This document shows, piece by piece, positions 10,116 to 19,019 of a stretch of DNA of 64,000 bases; the first letter of the stretch is position 1, and each line of letters opens with the position of its first letter. A program made the position numbers and the translations under genes. This DNA comes from an uncultured Verrucomicrobiae bacterium. Lineage in GTDB: Bacteria > Verrucomicrobiota > Verrucomicrobiia > Chthoniobacterales > UBA10450. Under the pieces are notes generated by a model. The model did not search any database. It was given only the letters and a program-made list of their open reading frames with translations, and was not told where the DNA came from. The stretch spans positions 288,001 to 352,000 of the forward strand of contig CAVTMK010000002.1 of the NCBI GenBank assembly GCA_963735805.1, written 5' to 3'.

Positions 10116-11444
10116 ATGACGGAACCTTTGCGCCCGCCATTATTGATCGTCGCAGATTCGCCGGAGGCGCTGACGGACCTGTGCGGCATCTCGTTGCTGG
10201 AACGAATGCGTCGCATCGCACTGAACCTCGGTTTTCGCGAAGCGATGATTTTGTCCAACTCCGTGAAGGCGGTGGCGGCGCATGTCGCCAATGAGTCGTG
10301 GCGTCGTGCAGATGTGTCGCTCACGTTCCGGGAGCGCAACGGTGCGAAGGTCACGGTTGGCGATATTCTAGATTGCCTCGCTGCCCTGAAGGTCGCCGCC
10401 GACGGGCGGATCCTCATCGTATTCGCGGGTTTTTATTGCGATGAACGCCTGCTGCGCTCGCTCGCCGACGCACAGACCAACTCCGCTCTCATCGATTCGG
10501 ATCCCCCATCGATTATTGCGCCGCTTTTGGAAAATGCAGATCCCCATTCTTCCAGCCGGCTTTTGTGTGCAGCTCTGCTCTCCAGCGAATGGCTTTCGCA
10601 AAAAAATTGCGCTGACACACTAGTGGAAGAGATTACTTCGGATACGATGGCGGGTCGCATAGCGCGCGTCGACGCTGCCCGACAGCAAGCATACGTTGGA
10701 AGTATGCGCAGGAGTGTGCGGCCGGTCTTCTTTCCAGCTCCTTCGCTCGAGCGCCGTTCGCTGGCTGAAGGTTTGCTCCGTGACACGACACAAAAAGGTG
10801 TCCTTGATTTTCCGGCGCTTGTGCACGCACCGATTGAGAAGTGGCTGGTCTCGCATCTCTGCCGAACGACGATCACTCCGAATCAGATCACGTTTGGAAC
10901 CGGAGTTCTCGGTCTGGGCGTGACGCTGCTTTATGCCTGCGGCTATCTTTGGGCTGGAGTGTTGCTGGCCCTGGTTATTGGAGTTCTCGATGGCGTTGAT
11001 GGCAAGCTCGCACGATTGAAAGCGCAAACGACCAAGCTTGGAAAGAAGGAGCACGACGTCGATTATGTTGTTGAAACGTCGTGGTGGATGGCGCTGGCGT
11101 ATCATTTCCACGCCACCGGTCAAATTCGTTACGCTTACGTAATTTTCGTCGCTTTCTTTGCTTTCCATAGGCTGGAACGCGTGGCCAAAAAAGCCGTTCA
11201 ACGACGAATTGGTCGAAACCTGGATGATTTCGCTCCATTTGATCGCCTCGTGCGTATCGTTGCTGGCCGCCGGAACATTTATACCTGGCTGTTCGCCTTT
11301 TTTCTTGTCATTGGCGCCCCGGCGACTGGCTTCATATGGCTCTGCTTCTGGGGGGTGGCGAGCGCGGTCATCTACATCTTTCGTGCGTTGCAAATTTGCT
11401 TCACCGGCCAGGATAAACTGGCGGCAACGTCAACTCCATCGTGA
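10116..11444 (+). CDS. CDP-alcohol phosphatidyltransferase family protein with degenerate nucleotidyltransferase-like N-terminus
   Basis: ITPNQIT, LDGVDGKLARLK...G..EHDVD; N-terminal LCGISLLER resembles NTP-transferase G..LLER. Confidence 0.85.
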   Translation: MTEPLRPPLLIVADSPEALTDLCGISLLERMRRIALNLGFREAMILSNSVKAVAAHVANESWRRADVSLTFRERNGAKVTVGDILDCLAALKVAADGRILIVFAGFYCDERLLRSLADAQTNSALIDSDPPSIIAPLLENADPHSSSRLLCAALLSSEWLSQKNCADTLVEEITSDTMAGRIARVDAARQQAYVGSMRRSVRPVFFPAPSLERRSLAEGLLRDTTQKGVLDFPALVHAPIEKWLVSHLCRTTITPNQITFGTGVLGLGVTLLYACGYLWAGVLLALVIGVLDGVDGKLARLKAQTTKLGKKEHDVDYVVETSWWMALAYHFHATGQIRYAYVIFVAFFAFHRLERVAKKAVQRRIGRNLDDFAPFDRLVRIVAGRRNIYTWLFAFFLVIGAPATGFIWLCFWGVASAVIYIFRALQICFTGQDKLAATSTPS

Positions 11445-11480
11445 AAGAGGCTTGGCCTGCGGCTGTCGATCTGACGGTAC

Positions 11481-12197
11481 TTAAGAAATCGAACTTCGCG
11501 CGCCGCCCGGGTTGCTGGCGATAATGCGGCCGTCTTTCATCTCGTGGATCCAATCACAGGCTTCGGCGATAACCGGGTTGTGAGTGGCCAACAACAGGGC
11601 TTTCTCACCTTGTTGCACAATATTCTGAAGCAACTCAAAGGCGCGCTCCGAGTTGGCAGTGTCGAGATTGCCTGTGGGCTCATCCGCCAGAATGACTCGC
11701 GGATCATTGGCGAGAGAGCGTGCGATTGCCACACGTTGTTGTTCGCCTCCAGAAAGATGACGGCTGGGCCTCCGCAATTTGTCGCCCAAGCCAACCGCTT
11801 CCAGCAGGCCGGCAGCACGTTCTCGCATCTCACTATCGGAAAGTTTCCCGAGCTTGCGCATCGGAATCATCACGTTCTCCTGTGCGGTGAAATCCTCCAT
11901 CAAAAAATGGAATTGAAAAATGAAACCGATGAATTTGCTCCGTCTTCGCGCGAGCTCATCGTCGCTCAGCTGCGAAACCGGCTCCGATTCGATTGAAACG
12001 CGGCCAGCATCAGGCAGATCGAGCAGGCCAAGAATGTAGAGCAACGAACTTTTGCCGCATCCGGACGGGCCGACAACCGCATGGACACTGCCAGGGTCGA
12101 TATCCAGCGAGACACCCCGGAGAGCGTGCACACGCTCTTCCTCTTCGCCCAAATAGCGTTCGATTCCTTCGCAGCTGAGACAGGTGCCTGCGTTCAT
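11481..12197 (-). CDS. ABC transporter ATP-binding protein, LolD/MacB-like
   Basis: [31 protein letters not shown]. Confidence 0.92.
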   Translation of the reverse strand: MNAGTCLSCEGIERYLGEEEERVHALRGVSLDIDPGSVHAVVGPSGCGKSSLLYILGLLDLPDAGRVSIESEPVSQLSDDELARRRSKFIGFIFQFHFLMEDFTAQENVMIPMRKLGKLSDSEMRERAAGLLEAVGLGDKLRRPSRHLSGGEQQRVAIARSLANDPRVILADEPTGNLDTANSERAFELLQNIVQQGEKALLLATHNPVIAEACDWIHEMKDGRIIASNPGGARSSIS

Positions 12198-13432
12198 CTG
12201 GAACCTCGAATCGTGACTACAGGTGGCAATTCAGCAGCGCGACGCGCGGGGACGTAACTTGCGATGAACACCGCCACGATCGCCAACAAGGTCGCAAACA
12301 CGTAGTGTCTCCAGTCCCATGTCACTAAAAAGTAGTTCGTGTACAGCAAACCGCGGAGATGAATAGGAATGTGCGATACGCCCCAGGTCATTAACGCACC
12401 GAGCAGGCAACCGAGCAGCGAGCCCGCCACCGCGATCAGCGCGCCTTGCCACAAAAAAATGGATGAAATGTCGATGCGCCGGTAGCCCATCGAACGCAGA
12501 ATCGCGATCTCCTTTATTTTCGCGAGCACCGACATGGTCAGAACATTAAAAATTCCAAAGCCGGCTAACAGGATGATCAGGGAGACAGTGATGGCGACAG
12601 ACATTCTGAGAGTGAGAAAAAGCTGTAGCGTGCTTTCTTCGCGTTCCTGCCAGCTCGAGGCGTTATGTTGAAAGAGTGTTTCAAAACGGCTGGCCAACGC
12701 CGGTGCACGGTTCGGATTTCGCAGTTTGTATATGATCATCGACGCGCCGGAGGGCTGTTGCAGCAGGGCTTGCGCGACCCTGGCGTGCGAATAAACCCGT
12801 GTTGAATCGATCGAGCCGATTCCTGCGCGAGCGATCGCAGCAACCGTGAATCGCCAGTACTCGCCGTTGGGCGCGAGCAATTGCACAGTGTCGCCTACTC
12901 CAGCTTGAAGTAACTCAGCCAGACGCGAGCCGATGATGATCGAGCTGGTGTTATTTCGAAAGTCATCAAAGTTCCCGTCAATTAACTGATGGAGAATATC
13001 CGTCGTCCGCGCATGTAGAGCGGGATCGACACCGTAGAGGTCGACCGTCGCATTCTCAAATCCTGCGCGGGCGCTCACCGTTCCGCGCAGGACTGGGGAA
13101 CAGGAAACCACGTTGGAAAATTGCCTGCTCACCCGCATAATTTCATTGGCGTTAGTAATGCCTTCAAAGTAAAGACGACGTCCAACCGTCGTTCCCTTAG
13201 AGCCCTTAGCAGAAACCATCAGCGGTTCATAACGCGGGCGAAAACGCGATCTGATGACCAGCGCGCCATTGCTACCGATGGTTGAGTCGATGAAATACCG
13301 CGAAAACCCCTGGGTTTGCGCTTGGGTGCAGATAAAGATCGCGACTCCGAAAACGACCCCGCTAAGACTCAGAAGTAGTGCCCTCTTGCGATGCGTCAGA
13401 AAGCGCAACGCAATATAAAGCGGCGGAGTCAT
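12194..13432 (-). CDS. ABC transporter permease, LolC/E-MacB (FtsX-like) family
   Basis: TM1, large periplasmic domain, then 3 TMs; EIAILRSMG and YVPARRAAELPPV..IR. Confidence 0.88.
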   Translation of the reverse strand: MTPPLYIALRFLTHRKRALLLSLSGVVFGVAIFICTQAQTQGFSRYFIDSTIGSNGALVIRSRFRPRYEPLMVSAKGSKGTTVGRRLYFEGITNANEIMRVSRQFSNVVSCSPVLRGTVSARAGFENATVDLYGVDPALHARTTDILHQLIDGNFDDFRNNTSSIIIGSRLAELLQAGVGDTVQLLAPNGEYWRFTVAAIARAGIGSIDSTRVYSHARVAQALLQQPSGASMIIYKLRNPNRAPALASRFETLFQHNASSWQEREESTLQLFLTLRMSVAITVSLIILLAGFGIFNVLTMSVLAKIKEIAILRSMGYRRIDISSIFLWQGALIAVAGSLLGCLLGALMTWGVSHIPIHLRGLLYTNYFLVTWDWRHYVFATLLAIVAVFIASYVPARRAAELPPVVTIRGSR

Positions 13433-14697
13433 GGTTCTTTCGGCGGCGGCGGTGAATTGATCATCCGTTGCCGTACTGCTTCGCCAGCATGGAATTTGTC
13501 CTGGTCAGACACGATTACGTGGCTGCCTTCTGTCAGGCCGCTGGTTACTTCTGCAAAATCGAGAGTGCGAAATCCAACGCCGACCGTGCGAGAATGCACA
13601 ATACCTCCCTTCACGACCAGCGCCTGATCGACAAGAAGCGCGCGCGTCGGCACCAGAAGAGCATTTTTGTGTGTCCCGGTAATAATGTTCATCTCGCCGG
13701 TCATTCCAGTCATCAAGTTGTCGGGAGGGTCTTCCATCTCCAGAACAACAGTGTACCGCTGAGTCGTCGGATCGGCTGCGGGTTGGACTGAAGAAACGCG
13801 CGCGGTGAAAGTTTTGGTCCGGTAAGCGTACAATTGAAGTTTTGCCTTCATTCCCGGCTTCACTTCACCTACGTCTTCTTCGTTTACTTCGCCGCGGACG
13901 TAATTCTTGTGCGAAGAGACGGTGAAAAGCTCATTGCCGTCTGAAACCAGTTCGCCGTCAATTGTCTGGACATTCGTGAGAACGCCGTCGATTGGCGCAC
14001 GGACTTCTGAATTCTTCATCTGAGCCTCGAGTTTTTTCGTCGTTGCTTGAAGCGAGTTGAGATTGCGATCGCGCTCAATCCGCTCCGATTCTACCGCGCC
14101 TCGCAGCCGATTTACTTCGCTCTTCGCCTTTTGATATTCGACCGCGGGCACATTGCCCGAGGCCACGACCTTTTCGAGTCGTTGCAGGTTGTCTTCAGCT
14201 GCTTTAAGCAGCTCCGAAGAAGGGAGCGGAAGAGCCGCACGATCGGTGGCCGCCTGTAAATCGGCGCGAGCCTGCTTCAGGTCCCGGGATGTTTCCTCAT
14301 CGGCGATCGTCGCCAATAACTGTCCTTTCTCAACGCTCTTGCCGATTGCACCACGACCAGCCGAGAAAGCTTCTGCCAACCGGAGGAACCCGTCATTCTG
14401 CGCACGAACCCGCACCACAAAGGCAGGCTCAATCCGCACAGTTCCATAAACCGCGGAAATGGCCGTCCCACGGCGGACTGTGACCACTTCCGCCACCGGC
14501 ATCAGGAAATAATATGCCACCGCGAAAAGGAGCAAGAGTGCTGCTCCGCCACCCAACAAAACTCTTTTTGATTCCGGCAATTTCAATTTTTGAAAACTAG
14601 TTTGGTGTCGAGGCCCATTCTTTTCAATAAACCGGTGGTCGCCGGTTATTTTTCGCGCCTCGGCCTTTTGCCAGATATCCGAAAGCATTAATCCCAA
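13429..14697 (-). CDS. Periplasmic adaptor (membrane fusion protein)
   Basis: N-terminal TM, lipoyl-like VEKGQLLA, coiled coil, VRAPIDG, VNEEDVGEVKPG, LLVPT.A. Confidence 0.88.
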   Translation of the reverse strand: MGLMLSDIWQKAEARKITGDHRFIEKNGPRHQTSFQKLKLPESKRVLLGGGAALLLLFAVAYYFLMPVAEVVTVRRGTAISAVYGTVRIEPAFVVRVRAQNDGFLRLAEAFSAGRGAIGKSVEKGQLLATIADEETSRDLKQARADLQAATDRAALPLPSSELLKAAEDNLQRLEKVVASGNVPAVEYQKAKSEVNRLRGAVESERIERDRNLNSLQATTKKLEAQMKNSEVRAPIDGVLTNVQTIDGELVSDGNELFTVSSHKNYVRGEVNEEDVGEVKPGMKAKLQLYAYRTKTFTARVSSVQPAADPTTQRYTVVLEMEDPPDNLMTGMTGEMNIITGTHKNALLVPTRALLVDQALVVKGGIVHSRTVGVGFRTLDFAEVTSGLTEGSHVIVSDQDKFHAGEAVRQRMINSPPPPKEP

Positions 14698-14886
14698 GAC
14701 ACCGCGGCAGAAATGTCCGTTCGATCAGCGAAGGATAATTAAGAACGGCCCAACCGTAACGCACAAGTGCTGTATACTTTGTTGCAGTTACCTCGTTGTG
14801 TCGAGGCGCGTTCGCCGGGTTTGATAGCTGCCATTGTGACGCAGCGCCGCGCCTACAGCTCAGTGCAACCTGTTCACGCACTGTAT

Positions 14887-16242
14887 CTAGCGCGATTTCG
14901 TGTTGTCGTCGGAAAATTGAAAATAACGGCCGGTGGCGCGGTCCCACTCAGCTACGGCCAGATTGTGTTCATAAATGGCCTCTAACAATCCGCTCTTCGT
15001 CTCCAAAAAGGCATTTTGTGTGACGCGATATTCCAGTGGCGACGCCAAGCCGTTGGCAAGGTTTTCCTGCACGGCGCGCGCGCTTTCCTCTGCGGCGGTC
15101 GCTGCAGAGACAAGCGATTCTTCACGGACCTCCGTTGTTTTGAGATCGTTCGCGATGCGGGAAAGCTCACGAGGGATATTCACTTCCAGTTTTCGGCAGG
15201 TCAGTTCGTTTATCTCTCGGGCGGAGCGCGCCTTGAGCACTGCGCCTCCCACCTTTCCATTATCGACGACGCGCCAGGTGTATACTGCCTTCTCGCGAAC
15301 TTCTGACCCGATAAAATCCTGGTTCCTGCTCGTTGATCCCTCGCGATGAATTCCAGACACCGGAACCCATTCTCCGGGAAAGCTTCCCGTTAGGATAGGG
15401 TAGTAGTCAGCTGCGATAATCCGTTGATCTTCGTTGGCCGCGCGCACGAACAAACGTGCGAGTTTGACATCAGCCCTCCGCTGTAAGGCCGCCGTGGTTT
15501 CGGAATCCAGATCGACACGGATTGGGATAGATTGCAGTTCGCCTTCGGGATCGGGCAATAACGCATTTGACGGGTCAATCCCCATCGCTAAGGCCAACTG
15601 CAATTGCGCGCCCAAATAGGCGCGATGCGCGCCTTCAACCTTTGTGTCTAATTCAGACGCCTGAACGGTGGCGCTTGTAAGCGCGGTCTTATCGGCCAGC
15701 CCGGCGTCGAAACGAGTTTTTTGAGTAGTAACGTTCTCCTGGAGCCTTCGTTGCTGTTCTCTGCGGATGGATTCCAGCGATCGATTGTAGAGTGCTGCGT
15801 AAAAAGCCTGGCGCGCGGCATGCAACTGCTCCACCACAGCGACATTCAATTGCTGTTGCGCAATTAGGACCTCAACGTCTCCCCGCCGCAGAGAAGCGGG
15901 CAGGCCAGCGTTGAACAAAGTTTGTGTCAAAACACCCCGTCCCACGGCAAAGCCTTTGACTCCGCTTTCCCCCGCGCGATGGCCCCCCTGAACGCCGGCC
16001 GGCAAGCCCAATTCAGCGTCCGGCCAAACCACCGACCGAAAAACCAGCCGTTGCCCGGCAGCTTGCTCCAAACCTGATTTCGCTTCCTGGATGGCCGGAT
16101 TTCGTTCCAGTGTGGTTTGCAGGACAGTCTGCAGCGTGACTGCGCCAGCAGTTTGCGCGCAACAAACTGCCACCAGCGAAATGACAACCTTTGCCACGGC
16201 GCGCGGCCCGAGACTTTTCCCAAATAGAAATCGTTTGTTCAT
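14887..16242 (-). CDS. TolC-family outer membrane efflux protein
   Basis: Signal peptide, LERNP.I, helical OEP repeats, C-terminal AEWDRATG. Confidence 0.85.
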   Translation of the reverse strand: MNKRFLFGKSLGPRAVAKVVISLVAVCCAQTAGAVTLQTVLQTTLERNPAIQEAKSGLEQAAGQRLVFRSVVWPDAELGLPAGVQGGHRAGESGVKGFAVGRGVLTQTLFNAGLPASLRRGDVEVLIAQQQLNVAVVEQLHAARQAFYAALYNRSLESIRREQQRRLQENVTTQKTRFDAGLADKTALTSATVQASELDTKVEGAHRAYLGAQLQLALAMGIDPSNALLPDPEGELQSIPIRVDLDSETTAALQRRADVKLARLFVRAANEDQRIIAADYYPILTGSFPGEWVPVSGIHREGSTSRNQDFIGSEVREKAVYTWRVVDNGKVGGAVLKARSAREINELTCRKLEVNIPRELSRIANDLKTTEVREESLVSAATAAEESARAVQENLANGLASPLEYRVTQNAFLETKSGLLEAIYEHNLAVAEWDRATGRYFQFSDDNTKSR

Positions 16243-17633
16243 CGCTGACCTAATTTTTGCGGTGGATGTGCAATGTCCACAGCTTGCGTTTCCTTGCGTT
16301 TTTCTTTCTTTGCGCTCTCGATTCTTGATCCGAAATCGAGCGCTTCCGCAGAACTCGCGCAGGCGTGCGTCAGGCGCGCAAGAGCCACGTTGTGCAAGTA
16401 AATTGCGCTGAGTCGCGTTGTGCGAGTCCGGGTCACGTCGGATGCGGCTTGCAGGATGTCGAGCTGTGTTCCGAGGCCGGCAGCGAAATTGCTTTTGGCA
16501 ATCTCGAGTGATTCATCCGCGGCCTGAACGTTATTGGTCTCCGTTTCAAGCACGCGATCAGCCTGTTGGAGATCAAAAAAAGCGCCGCGCACTTCTGAGG
16601 CAACAGCGCGCCGAGCCGCCGCCAATGCCTGGACGGCCGCTTCGCGCCGGGCACGCGTGGCTTGCAAGCGCCCTTTCGTTGCGAGCCCATCGAAAATGTT
16701 CCATGTCGCGTTTATCCCCACGACATATCCGTAATTAAATTCGGGACCGACGGCGGGATCGCGCTCGCTATAAACCTCATAGCCGGAAAAAGCGCGGACG
16801 TGCGGCCGCAACGCGCTCTTATCCAGGATGGACTGCTGGTCCTCAATCTCTATGTCTTTCTGCCGAGCTTTAATGACCGGCCGATTTGCGTCCGCGCGCG
16901 CAAGGCAATCGTTTAGGTCAGGGTGATTCGGCTGGTACTGCAATTCTCCCGCAACCTCAAACGGTGCCGCCGGTCCTGGACGAGCCTCCAATCCAAAAAG
17001 GTCTCCCAGTCGCAGGTAGGAATCTTTTAGTTGCGTCTCAGCGTTGAAGAGCTCCGGTTGCTCGTTAGCCAGGGCCACTTCGGCGCGTTGCACGTTTAAT
17101 TTGCCAACGATTCCAGCATTGAAACTTTGCTGCTGGTTCTTGAGTTCCTCGTCCAGGACCTGGACCGAACCTTGTCGCACTCGCATTTTTGCCCGATTCA
17201 GCAGAAGATCGTTAAAGGCGACCCGGACATCCATTGCCACATGGCTGGCCGTCTCCTGTAACTCGTAATTCTGCTTCTCAATATTCAACTGCGCGATGGC
17301 ACGTTGGCTGGTTATCTGTCCGCCAGTATAGAGATTCTGTTCGACTTTGAGCGTTACGTTGTAATCTTCCTGCCGGAGTTGAGACTGGCTCTGTTGCTGC
17401 CGTTTATCGTACAGCCCACTTGAACTGAGGGATGGAAGAAATCCTGAGCGCGCTTCAATGAACCCGCCGCCTGCCGCAATTACTTTCTTGCGTGCGATCG
17501 CGATGTCGGGATTCTGGGCCAGCGCGAGAGCGACTGCCTGGTCGATAGTGTAAGTGGGGACCGCGCTGAATGCTCGCGACGACAGGGATAGAGCGGCAAT
17601 CAGTATGCCGATGGCCGCGAGCTTCGAGCGCAT
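16239..17633 (-). CDS. TolC-family outer membrane efflux protein
   Basis: AVALALAQNPDI, LPSLS, WNIFDG, F.AGLGTQLDILQA. Confidence 0.9.
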   Translation of the reverse strand: MRSKLAAIGILIAALSLSSRAFSAVPTYTIDQAVALALAQNPDIAIARKKVIAAGGGFIEARSGFLPSLSSSGLYDKRQQQSQSQLRQEDYNVTLKVEQNLYTGGQITSQRAIAQLNIEKQNYELQETASHVAMDVRVAFNDLLLNRAKMRVRQGSVQVLDEELKNQQQSFNAGIVGKLNVQRAEVALANEQPELFNAETQLKDSYLRLGDLFGLEARPGPAAPFEVAGELQYQPNHPDLNDCLARADANRPVIKARQKDIEIEDQQSILDKSALRPHVRAFSGYEVYSERDPAVGPEFNYGYVVGINATWNIFDGLATKGRLQATRARREAAVQALAAARRAVASEVRGAFFDLQQADRVLETETNNVQAADESLEIAKSNFAAGLGTQLDILQAASDVTRTRTTRLSAIYLHNVALARLTHACASSAEALDFGSRIESAKKEKRKETQAVDIAHPPQKLGQR

Positions 17634-17856
17634 TTCGTATATATCCTTGTAAGGGCCTTCCTTGCACCAGGATTGCCCGTGACTTTTGCCCTTATATCAG
17701 TTCTTGCAAGCGGGCGCGACTTCGGAGACATTCGGCGCTTGCAATAGTCGGAACCGCTCCAGGTGGGCGGGCGCAACTGTCGTGACTGAAGCGGCCTAAC
17801 TTGTGTCTTGCTCCGAATAATGTAATTCAGGTAGTTTTCAGCTTAACAATCTAGAA

Positions 17857-18960
17857 ATGAGAAAAATAAGAATCGCCATTGTCGGCATTGGCAACTGCGC
17901 CAGCTCTCTAGTTCAGGGAATCAACTTTTATGACGGCTCTTCCGTCAATAGCACCGGTATCGGATTGATGCATCGCCAAATCGGGTCATATGCGCCGGGC
18001 GACATCGAAATAGTCGCCGCTTTTGACATCGACCGGCGTAAGGTAGGCTTGGACGTCAGCAAAGCCATCTTCGCGCCTCCCAATTGCACGAAGGTCTTCT
18101 GTGAAAATATCAAGCTCACGGGCGCCATTGTGAAAATGGGCTGCGTTTTCGATGGGTATCCGGAGCACATGCGCGACCAGGATCCCCTCCGCACATTCCT
18201 TCCCCTGGAGAAAGAATCCACTCGCGAACAGATCATTGGCGAATTGAAAGACTCTTCCGCGGAACTGATGGTCAATTATCTGCCAGTGGGCTCCGAAGAG
18301 GCGACCCGTTTCTACGCCAGTTGCGCGCTGGAGGCCGGGCTCGGGTTCGTCAATAACATCCCTGTTTTCATCGCCAGCGATCCGAAGTGGGCAAGGCGAT
18401 TTGCCGATAAGAATCTACCGATCATAGGGGATGACATCAAAGCGCAGATGGGCGCTACGATCGTGCATCGAGCCCTGGTTGACCTTTTTCGTAAGCGCGG
18501 TGTGAAGCTTATACGCACTTATCAACTGAACACTGGCGGTAATACCGATTTCTTAAACATGCTCAATCGCACCCGGCTGGCATCGAAGAAGACCTCGAAA
18601 ACCGAAGCGGTGCAATCTGTAATCGGCGACCGCCTATCAGACGAAAATATTCACATCGGTCCGAGCGATTACGTACCCTGGCAGCTCGATAACAAGATTG
18701 CCTTTATCCGGGTGGAAGGCCGGCTCTTCGGCGATGTGCCGATGGAAATCGATGTGAAACTTTCCGTGGAAGATTCGCCAAACTCAGCGGGCGTGGCAAT
18801 CGACGCTATTCGTTGTTGCAAGCTGGCGCTCGATCGCGGCATCGGCGGCGTGTTGCATTCACCCTCCGCCTATTTCTCGAAACATCCGCCGGTGCAAATG
18901 ACAGATGACGAAGCATTCCGCTGCGTTGAGCAATTCATTCGCGGCGAACGCGAGAGCTAG
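17857..18960 (+). CDS. ino1: myo-inositol-3-phosphate synthase
   Basis: GIGNCASSLVQG, NYLPVGSE, GDDIKAQMGAT, QLNTGGNTDFLNM, SKKTSKT, EDSPNSAG. Confidence 0.95.
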   Translation: MRKIRIAIVGIGNCASSLVQGINFYDGSSVNSTGIGLMHRQIGSYAPGDIEIVAAFDIDRRKVGLDVSKAIFAPPNCTKVFCENIKLTGAIVKMGCVFDGYPEHMRDQDPLRTFLPLEKESTREQIIGELKDSSAELMVNYLPVGSEEATRFYASCALEAGLGFVNNIPVFIASDPKWARRFADKNLPIIGDDIKAQMGATIVHRALVDLFRKRGVKLIRTYQLNTGGNTDFLNMLNRTRLASKKTSKTEAVQSVIGDRLSDENIHIGPSDYVPWQLDNKIAFIRVEGRLFGDVPMEIDVKLSVEDSPNSAGVAIDAIRCCKLALDRGIGGVLHSPSAYFSKHPPVQMTDDEAFRCVEQFIRGERES

Positions 18961-19019
18961 CCGGCGTTTAAGCACGCGAGGCAGGCGCCAACCTTTGCTC
19001 CGTTGTTGTTGCCCTTCCA

